Below are positions 25,916 to 38,345 of a stretch of DNA of 64,000 nucleotides, one piece after another (position 1 is the first letter of the stretch; each line of letters opens with the position of its first letter). The position numbers were made by a program, and so were the translations under genes. Source of the DNA: Podarcis erhardii (lineage: Eukaryota); the NCBI GenBank assembly GCA_964252035.1, contig OZ176202.1, one strand, 5' to 3'. Below the pieces are notes generated by a model. The model was not told the DNA's origin. It saw only the letters and a program-made list of their open reading frames with translations, and did no database searches.

Positions 25916-28289
25916 CACCCCTCCAAAATGCAGGAAATGTGAACGTATACGCAGACACCTGATAATTCAAGAGTGCTTGCAATTTCATATTCAGCCACTT
26001 TTCACTGTAACTTAGAATGATCTTTCATCACGTTGCCATGAATTAGTACCAAGATAGGGATCCATTCAATGGTTTAAATGAGGCAAGGTCTCATTTAAAG
26101 CACTGTCTAGCAGAATTGATGCTTGAACTGATCCCGCGTTGCAGGCTGGACTGCTCATTTCAAATGATCAAGTCAGCTTCCTACAGAGACCCAAAGAATG
26201 TAGCTATTTTAATTTAAGCAGCGGCTGATCAATAAGCCCAGCGGAAAACCTTAATAATGCAACATTGTGGGATATTACAAGGGTATATGAAACACAAAAA
26301 CATATTTGGATTACTAAGAACAATTCATAGAATGTCAGTACTTAGTATGGGAGATCTTTTCTAGCCTGACAGACAAGAATATAAAAATTCCTTAAGTCAC
26401 CATTGGTTAGGAATTTTCTGGTGCACAGGCGGTGGTTCTATATGACAAGAACAAAATCTTTTTTAAAATGTATAAACATTTTAGTTGGACTTACAGTGGA
26501 CTGAACTGCCTAGAAGTACTCCCCCCCCCCCCCGTTAGAGTAATGATGGTATGTGGAAAATAATACCACCCACAAACAGGCTGAAGGAGTTGTTGGGGGT
26601 TGTGTTTTTTTTTTGGGGGGGGGGAGTAAATCCAAGAGATGGAATAAAGGGATACAGGGATTTTTGTAAAATGTGACACAGAGAGTTTGCACTTCAATAT
26701 GCAGTTATTTGCAGCTTGCCAAATAAAGCTATTATTTTTCTTGTTCAGAATTAGAATCTTGTTATGACAGTTCTTTCAGATCATTTTCAGTTTTTACTTA
26801 TAATCTCTCTTCCTAAAGGACTCCCTTGGAACCAATGATTTTTTTTGTTCACTGTTTTATATGCCTGCTCTTTTATCCATTTCACTCACCACAACATGTT
26901 TAATTCATTAAAAAATATATGTAAGACACTGAAAACAAATCGGGAAAATGAATTTATTTTAAATGATAAAACCTTTGTTTCACCAATACGACTAATCACC
27001 AGATCTAAATAGTACAAGGTAGTTTCCCTTGTATATGACTAGCTAACAGATTTCTTTTTTTAAAAAAAAGCAATAGTAAATACTTTTTATTTGTACAGAC
27101 ATTAAGTCAGGAGACATGCAAATCTCTCTCTGTATTTCTGCCTCTCTCTTTTAATGGTACTCTTATAGAAAGAAGCAAATCAAGGAAAGCCCAAAAACGG
27201 AATTTGGGCCCTAAAGAGCATAACTAACCATCTACAATCCCAAATCCTGGCTCTAAAAAGACTGCCAACATAAGGCAAAGCAGGTTGCGCAAAGCTGTCT
27301 TTATGTAAAAGGCAAATGTCAAAAGAAAACCTCTGATATTTGGTTGTGGGCTCCCACTTTTCATACAGGCATTTCCTAAATCCATGTTTGATGAGCTTCC
27401 CCAGCTCTAAATTCTGCAAATTCCCTCTGGAGCAGTACAGAGTGTGCTTCATGAAAATGTCATCTGCCAGTGCTGCAATTACTCACACTCCAGCAATCAT
27501 GTGCACAATGCAGAATGGGTCGAATTCAGGTGAGAATGAGAACCAGCAATCAAGCCTCTGGAATTGAGAACAAAGCCATTTTCTTTCATTTGCCATCAAC
27601 ACAACCATCAAGGCCTTAATTACAAGGCAAGTGTCAAGCCTGGCTGCTGAAAGGCTTATTATTATACAGCTCAGCTTCAAATCAGTTTTGTATTGATGAA
27701 CTGCAAAAAGGGGGGGGGGGAGGAGGAAGCCAGCTATGTCCCACAAGAAAGGAAACAGGGACTAAATGATTAGATGATTGGCAGGTGGAGGGGGGGAGAA
27801 ACATAGCCATTAAAAATGTATTTTTAGATAAGGAAATAAAAACTGGGCACAAAGGAGAGAAAGCAAAATACCTGAAACTATTCTATAAATACATTCCTCA
27901 TTCAAAATCTGAGTTATTGAAGAATCATTTGGAAATTTATTCTAATTGATATTACATGTTAACATGCGCGCACACTCCATCATCACAGAAATCCAGAAGG
28001 AAACCCCAATTTCTTATCAGGAATGCTTACTTAGCAATTCTGTAGCCATTAAAAAAAAAAAAAGCAAGTAGGTTTTTAACAAATGGATGTCCTCCACCTT
28101 ACCTTATATTACTGCTGCAATTAATAAGCACTGTAAATGCTACTGGTATTCACCTTTACAAGATACCTGACCCTTTTCTGTACTACCACATATCCTCATG
28201 ATAATTCAGAACTTTTGAGCCATATCATCAAAGGCCACACATACACACATGGGCATGTCCAAATACTTATGCATGTGCGTATATAGTGG

Positions 28290-28580
28290 TACTCAGGATA
28301 TCACTCAAGAAATCACTCAAGATATCTCTCAAGTAATTAAGGAACAAAAGAAGAAAAGGCACACTAGCCTGGGAACTTCCTCTCTGCCCAGAACATTGGA
28401 GGCTATACACCACACCCCCTCTACAGTATTTATAGGAACTCAAACACTGAGATCCTGCTCTGTTCCAGTAACAAGAAGCCGAAAGCACCAGCCTGAAGAT
28501 GACGAGTGAGACCTCGTCGAAACGTCGCCTAGACACCCCAACTTTTACACGGGAAGACACCCGAGGACACCAAAACCTGC

Positions 28581-28607
<27 letters not shown>
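28290..28607 (+). mobile_element. Penelope-like element (PLE) terminal-repeat/3' fragment ending in (AT)n
   Basis: Characteristic PLE tail cctgaagatg...cgaaacgtcg followed by a short 3' segment and (AT)n. The 5' boundary is approximate. Confidence 0.7.
28487..28535 (+). ncRNA. Minimal type I hammerhead ribozyme motif inside the PLE fragment
   Basis: CUGAAGA core 28493-28499, one extra U, perfect 6-bp stem II gacgag/ctcgtc around loop tgagac, GAAA 28519-28522, palindromic ACGU stem III with GUC cleavage triplet ending at 28526. Stem I has only about 2 clear pairs. Confidence 0.6.
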
Positions 28608-28613
<6 letters not shown>

Positions 28614-29682
28614 CACATAATGCAACACAACCTGAAAACAAAACACTGAATTACTATATATCTACTGGTGATTTACTATAGCAGATCACACTTCTGCTTG
28701 TACAGGATAGAACACCTGATTTTTGCTGGTCCTCCTTACCCACTGCAGAATCCAGTGCCCTTGTTCTTTAACCAGCAAAAACAATGCAGGAGGCAGCAGT
28801 TGCAAGTTACCGGTCTCTGCAGCCACAACAGGTGCTATGATTCTCCAGTGGTTTGATTTCACCACTGAAAGCGCACTCCATTTTCTCTTGAGACAGAAGG
28901 ATGCCAACAACTTTATGTGTCAGTACTCACGATTACAGAGAACTGTCTTATTCTATTTTTGATGCCTGTGGCAGCCAATTATGTGCTAGCATCCACAGCA
29001 GTTTTATCAATATATAATTTTTTTATTATTATTACAATTTAATGTCCACCTTCACCCTAAGCTCCCAGGGTGGGTTACAATAATATGACTACTAGCACCT
29101 CCATTCCTCCCCCCAAAGAACAAATTGTCAATGGCACAGACCTAAATAATGGGGGGGGGGGATATGTTGTAGTACATCACAGTCAATTGATGGGAATACT
29201 GAACAGTAGGTCTTTCTAATATCAAACTTGTTTTTAACTTCTGATCATAGAGTTTTGCCATCAACTACAACTACAGGTTCTAACTCACTATTTTATTAAA
29301 TCAATCCTTCTTTGAACTCAGCTGGCATCATAGTCACCATAAGCCCCATTTAAGCAAAACAAGATGGCAAGGGTGGTATTCGTTTACAATTACTTTACTG
29401 AATTTGTGCTAGGTGGTATGCTATGTTCTATGATTTAAAATAGACTCTTACACAAGTTTATTAAAGAGCTCTTTGCCCTCCCCCCTCCCGCCACTGCCAT
29501 TCTCTTTTGTTTCACACACACACAAATATAGAATCCTGCCTTCAGTTTTGTTTCTTCTGCATTCTGTGCCCTTCCACACACACAAAAAAATTCAAAAGGA
29601 AAATGAAACAAGACGGTCGCTATGTTTTATCCAGAGCATGTAGGTTTCTGTTTCATAAAACTTCCGAGAGGAACATAGCCAT

Positions 29683-29966
29683 TGTTAAGTTGTGGGCGAA
29701 CATATCAGACAACACAGCGATTCTTCCAAAGCAGCTCTTTATTTGTAAGCTGGAACAAAAACTGAGCTGAGGAGCTCAGTCAGCCTGCTTATATAGAGCT
29801 CCAGAACAATGTAACTGTTGCCATTTTCTAAAACTATCCAATCACTGAACGTCACTTTTCGATCCTTCATTTGCATACAAACTATCCAATCACTGAACGT
29901 CACTTTCGATCCTTCATTTGCATAACTATCTACAGTATCCCCCTGCTGGCCCAGCAGTACATAATA
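29683..29966 (-). mobile_element. Solo LTR, family X (284 bp)
   Basis: 5-bp TSD gccat (29678-29682 / 29967-29971). The minus strand reads TA(G)TTATGTACTG...AACTTAACA and contains TATA and a degenerate poly(A) signal. Homologous to 52530-52820 with an 11-bp deletion near the 5' end. Confidence 0.9.
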
Positions 29967-30849
29967 GCCATGGCCATTTGACATATCTCCAAGGAGGTAC
30001 TTAAGGTGGAAGGTTTCAGATTTTCCAGTTAAGTTTACCAATAGGGGTTTAATTAATTGATCCCTGGCTTGTTTGAACTGCTCACAGAGTAGTAGGATAT
30101 GCTTCAGAGGGTATACCAGACAGTCTGCTGTTTAGTACTTCTGATGGAAATACATTTAGTCTAGCTTTGGTGAATAATCGACGATAATTAGGTACAGACA
30201 GACTCATGAAATGTGATGGTAACTGAAAAATCATGGCCATACTGGATTTCAGATGCAAATGTTCCACAGGTTACATAGGATTTAGAGTGAAGATTGCCAT
30301 GTGAAATATCCCATAACCTCTGCCTCAGGGATTTAAGGAGAATTTCATAGCCCAGATTATGTAAAAAGGATGCTGAAAGACCAACTGAAGAGGCTTTTCG
30401 GGCCATAGTTTACAACCATAAGCTGAGAAGACTCCTCATTGGTTAGATGTAAAAGTAATTCCTTCCCCGAGGCCAAATACTGAGATCTTTAGCCAGTATT
30501 TCAAAGCAGCCCACCACACTTTGGTGGAGAATGGGCATTCACCTGTTTACAACAATGGAATTCAGTTAGGGACACAGTTTGGGACCTGAAGTAGGGACCG
30601 AAGGAACTTAGCTTAGAACCCATTTAACTTAGAAAATAGACCATTGTATCAGACGTTTGAAGCATGAAGGAGTTGGGAAACAGATTTCGTGTTAAAGACT
30701 CTTATGACTGATAGAACATAGTGACCTCCCTTTGTGAAGAAGAAACAGAGTGCCAGTGGCAATTTCAGGGCTTTGTGTGGTGAAACAACGGCCCTAGGCT
30801 ACCAGAAGCATTTAGTCTGCCATTAGTACCAATTTACCAAATATTTACC

Positions 30850-31140
30850 AATATTTATATCCCACCCATCTGGATGGGTTTCCCCAGCCACTATGGGAGG
30901 CTCCCGACAGAATATTAAAAGTACAATAAAACATCAAATATTAAAAACTTCCCGCAATAAATCTGCCTTCAGATGTCTTCTAAAAGTCAGATAGTTGTTT
31001 ATTTCTTTGACATCTGATGGGAGGGTGTTCCACAGGGCGGGCGCCACTACTGAGAAGGCCCTCTGCCTGGTCCCTTGTAACTTCGCTTCTCGCAGTGAGG
31101 GAACCACCAGAAGGCCCTCGGCGCTGGACCTCAGTGTTCA
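30850..31140 (-). mobile_element. L2-clade LINE 3' fragment
   Basis: Well-preserved ...gggagggtgttccacagggcgggcgccactactgagaaggccctctgcctgg... block homologous to 9978-10290. Confidence 0.85.
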
Positions 31141-31182
31141 CTGATAACTTCTTTAGTTGGTATTTCAAGCCAGGTCTGGAAC

Positions 31183-31233
<51 letters not shown>

Positions 31234-31234
<1 letters not shown>

Positions 31235-31265
31235 AAGGTAAAGGACCCCTGGACAGTTAAGTCCA
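31234..31265 (-). mobile_element. 32-bp Sauria SINE/RTE 3' tail fragment between two (CA)n runs
   Basis: aaaggtaaaggacccctggacagttaagtcca is the reverse complement of a Sauria-type (ACCTTT)n 3' end; (CA)n at 31186-31226 and 31271-31314. Confidence 0.65.
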
Positions 31266-31266
31266 C

Positions 31267-31316
<50 letters not shown>

Positions 31317-34224
31317 TATGAATCTTATTGAAATATTTGCAATCTAGGCATTAATATAAATGGTTCTTATCCCTGGGTTATTTGTTTCTTCCCCTTTCAT
31401 TTTGATAACCAACTGATGAATCACAATAAATCATGTAGGGGCAATAACTTTCTAGTGAAATTGAACTTTGAAAAATGTGTGCTACTAGAATCACTGAATA
31501 CAAGAGAGAGAGAGCCCTTTTCCTACAAATTCATATAAAATGTTGGTAATGTTGAGTTTTGCTTTCTCTTATACCACATATGATGATGTGACTGAGCCTG
31601 GGTCCATTTTTAAAATTCTATACAGTACATTTGTAGAAAGTAAATTTGATGGAAGCCCCATTTTAAGCAATCCAGCAATGCAAATCTAGTCACAGGAAAG
31701 AAACTATACTTCAGGTGTGTAAAGTAAATATTTTAGGTGCATAATTATTTGAATATTTATACACCTGTAAGAATACAATAAAACCCTCAGTAATATTAAA
31801 TACAAATTTAAAAAAACTAAGCAGATACAGTTGATTGTAATTCTGTTGGTGACAATCAGTTCTAATTCATTAAAAGCTAGCAAGAATAAAACATCTTTAT
31901 TCTTTATTCTGCTGAGTGTACCTTTAGTAACCTAAAAGTGAGAAAAGATTTCCTGAGATCTACACAGGGCAAGAAAGGTTAAACCACCTTATTATGCTCT
32001 CAAAAGAAAATAGGTTTGCTAGCCAAATCTCTTTTCATTATTTAATCAATGTTCACCAAAATGAAAGCAAGGAAGAAGTCATTCAGGTGGCCTACCAGTT
32101 TAAGTATTACATGATTCATTAATTATTGTAATAAAGGGCTTTGTTTGAACTAATGCAAGCATTTGAAAATTCCTGTTCCTAAATTTTTTAACTGTAAATA
32201 ATGTTTATAGTAACTTCAATGATTTGTAATTTTCTGATGTTGAAAGATATTCGTTTTGCATACCATTAAAATAGGTTTGCCCAATGAATTGAAATTCAGT
32301 GTTATTAATAAATTCACCACAGTTAAATACTCCATACTAAACTTTATGAAGCACAAATTTATTATGTTGATATTCTGTGTATTTCAATATATTGATAGCA
32401 ATTGGAAGAGGTACAAGCGGAAGACCCCAAAACTATGTTTTGCTTCAGACCGCAGGTTTTCTCTTTGTGGCCCTATTCTACTACATACTGAAGACTTCCA
32501 ACCCTAGCTTCTCCCGCATAATGAACAACATTTCTGGAATCATTACATATTTTTGCTATTGAGTTATGACACAAAAAGGGCACCCTTGGTGTTTTACACA
32601 GTAGAACTTTCATCCCATACATAAGATTGCATTGTGAAGCTCCTTTTGCTTCACCTCTTCACAACACAGCCAAATGGATGCTGAGGAAAGCAGCTGCCAC
32701 CTTTTATGATCGGAGTGAAAACTGCTGCAGTCAGATGCGCTTCCGAAGCCACCCACCCTGGCCGGATTGGCTGAATTCAAAGGGGGTTGGCAGGAACCCC
32801 CATAGTACCTTGAGACCGACCTGGTGATTTACAATGGTCGGCCGCACAATGGAGATCAGGCAGCTGGATGCTATGGGTCGAAACCGCTGCCCACCCCGAA
32901 CTGGGTAAGCATCCATTATAAACATCATGTCAGCACAACCCCCTTCCTTCCCAAAGGAATGTCACATCACTGTTGCAATGTAATTATAACATGCTCAGTT
33001 ATTTAAAAGCTGAGGTGCATAGCAATGACGACCAGGCAGTTCCTCTTTTGAGAATGGGAAAGTGGTATCTCTGGAACAGATGGTGCAGGATGACATTTGA
33101 TGGGTTCAGTGGGACTGTGTAGAACTAACATCCCAGAGCACAAGGACTGATCTAACTGTAACTAATGTGACTCTTCCCCCCCCCCCCTTGCAAGTTTCCA
33201 TGTGATCTTCGCTAGGCAGGCAGACCAGCTGCAGTATACATATCCTGGCAGAAGCTGCAATGATTTACAATGATCACCTTTGCATAGATACAGCAGCAGG
33301 GGATAAGCATTATTCAATGTTTACCAGTATCCCTATCAGTTTATAAAAAAAAACAACCAGGCAAATTTATCCCAAATTGCTTGGACACAGACCATCACTT
33401 TTCCATGCTTCTCAGTTTAATACATTACACTGCACAGCTCTTTGCTGAAAATACATGCATGCTTCCATTCTTCATAAATTAACTCCCCCGTTCTGACGGA
33501 TACATCAGCATAGACCTAGATACAGGCAAAAACTAACTTTAGATAGGTATTCATGCAGCATTGCAAATTCAAGCAAAATGTAGACTATGCTTCTCAAAGA
33601 AGTACATACAGAGATTTGAGGACTGGGCCTTTGGGTTTTATAAAAGTTTCGGCTTGTTATATATTTTTAACGGAAAAGGCAAGCCATACATACTACAAAT
33701 AAAATAAATATTTAGATGTAGTTTGCCTTTTGCACAAAAGAAAGAAAATCCTAACTTGAGAAAATTCCTTGTCAGCCCCTGTTGGGATAGTGTATTCTTA
33801 ATATTGTAACCTGCCCTGAGCTGTTGGTTTAGGCAAGGAAGGAAATCTAAAATTAAAGGAGAGTACAGGCCACTACTGAGCACAGTGTGAGAAATAATAC
33901 ATTTTGTGCATGTTTTATCTTTCTCTACCTTTTAAATAAAAAAAAAAGACAGGGCGGGGGGAGGGGTGGTTCTAGACTCCACCCACATACATGAAAGTCT
34001 GTGTTCTTTTACTGTCCATCCCTAACAAGTAATGTATTTTCAATTCAGGTTATTGCTGAGCTATATGAACAGTATTATCATCGTGTGCAGGTCTTTCAGA
34101 ATTGGACCATTTCAGAGTGCACAAGCATGCAAGATGGCTAAAACAGTCTCTCGCTTTTTTAAATAATAGTAATACATGCACACAGAAAACTAGCATATTC
34201 CTAGCATATTCCTATGTCTAAACT

Positions 34225-35590
34225 GGTATTTTCTTTATTAAATTTAAATACCGCTCTTCACCTGAGGATCACAAGGCAGTTTACAATATAAAAACCCTAA
34301 ATTACATAATATAATAACAAACAAAAACAATAACACCCCCCCCCCACACACACAGCTTAAAAGGACATAAATTGTTTAATTATCCAAGGCCTGGGAGAAG
34401 CGGAATGTTTTTGTCTGGTGCCTAAAAATAAGTAATGAAGGCAGCAGGTGAGCCTCCCTGGGGACAGCATTTCACAAATGGGGAGCGACCGCAGAAAAGG
34501 CCTGTTCTCATGTTGCCACCCTCCGGACCTCTTGCTGTGGAAGCACACAAAGAAAAGCTTTTGGTAATGACTGCAGGGTCTGGATCAGTTCATATGGGGA
34601 GAGGTGGTTCCTGAGGCATTGTGGTCCTGAGCAATTTAAAGCTTTGGGCCCATAAACTAACTGGCAGCCAGTGTGCAGTCAGGCCAGGATTTGCATTATA
34701 TGCTCGACCTATTTTGCCCCTGTAAGCAACCTGGCCACCAAATTCTACACCAGTTGAACTTTCCAAACTGTCTTCAGAGGCAGCTCAACCCAACCACGTG
34801 TTTCAGTAATCTAACCTGGAGGTTACCAGAGCATAGATGACAGGCGTTAGGGCTATTCCTGGCTAAATAGGGGCACAGCTGGGCCACCAGCTAAAGCTAA
34901 TGGAAGGCACTCTGCACCACAGAGACTACCTAAGCCTCAAGTGACAGCAATGGATCCAGAAGCACCTCCAAGCTACATACCCACTCCTTCAGAGGGAGTG
35001 TAACCCTCCCATCAAGAGCAGGCACCCACCCACCCATCCTGTCTAAGGAACCACCCACTAACAGTGCCTCAGTCTTGTTTATTGGCTCTCATCCAGTCCA
35101 TCACTGAGGCAAGACAACGGTCCAGCAAATCCACTGCTGCATCTGCAGATGTAAAGGATAAGAGCTGTGTGTCATTAATATATTGCTGTCAATATACTCC
35201 AAAACTCTGGGTGTCTCCACTCAAGAGGTTTCATGTAGATGTTACACACCATGAGGGATAAAATTGAGCTCTGAGGAACCCCGCGTTGAAGGCTCCACAG
35301 GGCCAAAGAGCATCATTCTCTGGAAACAACCATCCAAGTATGACCAGAACCACCACAAAGCAGTGCCACCCACCTCCAACTCAAAAGCTGTTCCAGAGGG
35401 ATACCATGGTTGATGGTACTGAAAGTGGCTGAGAGGTCAAGGAGAATTAACAGAGGTAATCATACAGGGCAACCGAAGCAGTTTCTGTGCCAAAACAGGG
35501 CCTAAACCCTGATTGAAATGTATCTAGAATATCAGTTTACTCCAATAGCACCTGGATCTGGTCCACGTCTACCCACTAAAGAACCATACC
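34225..35590 (-). mobile_element. Older, degenerate L2 LINE fragment (RT region to 3' end, about 1.4 kb)
   Basis: L2-type 3' end at about 34230-34520 (related to the other L2 copies), continuing into a stop- and frameshift-ridden RT-like segment. Boundaries approximate. Confidence 0.7.
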
Positions 35591-36832
35591 CAAGAAGAGA
35601 AGAAAAACAACAGCTACATCGCATGATTCTATTTATTCACCTCCATCTCAGCATAGTATGATAGTTTTGTGAGCACTTCAATTGATTAAGAATAGTGTCT
35701 CCAACTTAACCAGAAAGCTACTGAATTATTCCTTAGAATATTTTTAAACAAACAAACAAACAAACAAACAAACATGAGTATTCCACACACATGTATGGCT
35801 TTTGCTGTGGGTTGCAAGCTACATAAAACATGTAGGCTTTCCTGGCAATAACTACATGAGAGCAATGCAGGAAAAAAACAGAATATATGAGTATGTTTTG
35901 ATGTGTATGGATTCATAATTAAAAAATGAATCAATATGTTAAAAGAAAAGCCATGTAAATCCAGTGCCTCAGCATATTACAAAACTGCAAGTAAAGGCTA
36001 TCACAGCTTAATTTCCTGTGCCTCGCTTACCTAAAGCCACTCTATGTTTACATTCCCCTCTGCATTGTAGCCAAATTGGGGGGGAGGGGCAAATCAGTCT
36101 GCATACTCCCCCATATGTGCAGAGAGATACATATGCACATGATTTTCACATAGCTAAAAGAAGTCATTGCAATCAGCAAGGAATATGTGTGTGTGTGTGT
36201 GTGTGTTTGCGTGCGCGCACACACACACATACACAAAGCTGCAGGGGTTGGCCTTTCTAATACCCTGTAGCTCCTAAACAGTGGCAGGTGGAAACTGACT
36301 TTGAAATTGGCTTGCCAATTTATTTTTAATTATTATTAATACAAGGCAAAGCCTATTTTCCTTTGTGCCCGTCTCCAGTTCTGACATGTGATCCACAAGG
36401 CCATCATAGAGCCCAGATGCCACGCTGCGGAGAATATTCTTCCAGCAGCAGCATCTGGCTCTACAGTGAGCTCCACAGGCAGTGAAGCTGACAGCTCAGA
36501 AGTTGCCTGTGGGTCTGTCATGTAGTTAGGCTGCTAGCTGAGCTGTCTTAGTGCCACTTTTCTTTGACTTACCTTTGATCCTAAAATATTTGCATATGAT
36601 TATGCAGTGAGGAAAGCTCCTGTGAAAACCTACTACAAGCATGTGAACATGCATGTGTGCATACACATACACTCTCTCTATTTGTGCATTTACAACCTGT
36701 CAACAGATAGGCATGGTCTCCGAATTGAGTTCCTCACGACCACTTTGCAACAATGACCAAGGGGAATAGTTATAATTCAAGCTTATGAACTCTCTGTGGT
36801 AAAAATCACGTAATGTATACTATCAGGAGATA

Positions 36833-37058
36833 CAGTGGTACCTCGGGTTAAGAACTTAATTCGTTCCGGAGGTCTGTTCTTAACCTGAAACTGTTCTTAA
36901 CCTGAAGCACCACTTTAGCTAATGGGGCCTCCCACTGCTGCTGCGCCGCTGCCACGCGATTTCTGTTCTCATCCTGAAGCAAAGTTCCTAACCCGAGATA
37001 CTATTTCTGGGTTAGCAGAGTCTGTAACCTGAAGTGTATGTAACCCGAGGTACCACTG
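36833..37058. mobile_element. Tc1/mariner (Tigger/pogo-like) MITE, family A
   Basis: TA TSDs; TIRs cagtggtacctcgggtta / taacccgaggtaccactg; co-linear with 24111-24352. Confidence 0.92.
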
Positions 37059-38085
37059 TATAGCATTGGGTACCTTCTAATCTTCAAACTTTGTACACTT
37101 CAGAAAGTAGTTTTTTTTTCACGAGAGCCAGAATTTTAAATTCCACTTTTCCTGTTTAGTATTTTTCCACATGCATCATCACAGGATTGAACTCCAAAAA
37201 CGGAGACAAGGGAGAGATTGGTAGAAACGAACAAAAGAAAGTCAAAGACAAACAAACATTAAGGGCAACTCTGATCCTAAAGAACCCTGCCATGACGCGC
37301 ACCATTTTAAAAAGTATGTACATATTTCTTCTTCTTACTTCCCACAGGCATGATTGTTGCAAAGTTAAAAATGGTTAAGTCCTACTGCTTTCAGTGGAAG
37401 AGTGAAGCATACACCGGATCAGAAGGATTGAAGATTGTTTAAATTTGTGGCTGTCTGTATAGAGCCATTCCTTTCAAATACTTGAGAAAACAAAAGAGAA
37501 GCGGGGGGGGGGGATGGAAGTCAAAACTGGGCAGCCATTGCAATAACCGGGCAATTACCATGGCTTACTGCAAACAGCATGCATGAACTAGCAGCAGGCC
37601 AGTGCATGATACCAGAGCAGTCCTGTTTTGCTGTACCCTTCCTTGAGCCATGAGCAACAAGCCATGAACTTCAGCTTCTTGTGACATGTAAATCAGCACT
37701 TGTGGTTTGTTTCTCCCAAACAAACCACAACCGTTAAGCCAACAAGCCGTGGTTTGCCATTGTTGTTTACATGTCACAAGGCTTGCCACTCCTGGCTTGA
37801 GGAAGGGTGGAACAAAACCAGAAAGGTACAAGAATTTGCTGTTCATTCACAGTAACAGTAAGCAATCACCCATGGCTTACCATGACTTATGAACATGGCT
37901 GGTACATGGCTAGAATAAGTTAGCTTCAAGTCATAGTATGAAAAAATAGTCTGAGGTCATATCAAGAAATATCTATAAATACAAACAATATTTTTAAAGC
38001 AACAACAACATGTGCCTCCCCTTCTTTCCCTACAGCAAAACATTGATGCATAATTGTACTTAAGCCTGTGACACAACTGAATAAG

Positions 38086-38345
38086 AGAGCCGGTGTGGTG
38101 TAGTGGTTAAGAGCGGTGGACTCATAATCTGGTGAACCGGGTTCGATTCCCTGCTCCTCCACATGCAGCTGCTGGGTGACCTTGGGCTAGTCACACTTCT
38201 CTGAAGTCACTCAGCCCCTTTCACCTCACAGAGTGTTTGTTGTGGGTGAGGAAGGGAAAAGGAGATTGTTAGCCGCTTTGAGACTCCTTCGGGTAGTGAT
38301 AAAGCGGGATATCAAATCCAAACTCTTCTTCTTCTTCTTTTCTTC
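38086..38345 (+). mobile_element. tRNA-derived SINE with L2-like 3' end and (TCT)n tail (Squam3-like; family name uncertain)
   Basis: Pol III A-box tggtgtagtgg 38096-38106, B-box ggttcgattcc 38140-38150, core tgggtgaccttgggctagtcac, tail ccgctttgagactcc...(ctt)n. Confidence 0.88.

Noticed and set aside
38086-38160. tRNA-like sequence with A and B boxes
   Set aside because: It continues into a SINE body and (TCT)n tail and forms no complete cloverleaf with an acceptor stem; it is a SINE head, not a tRNA gene.
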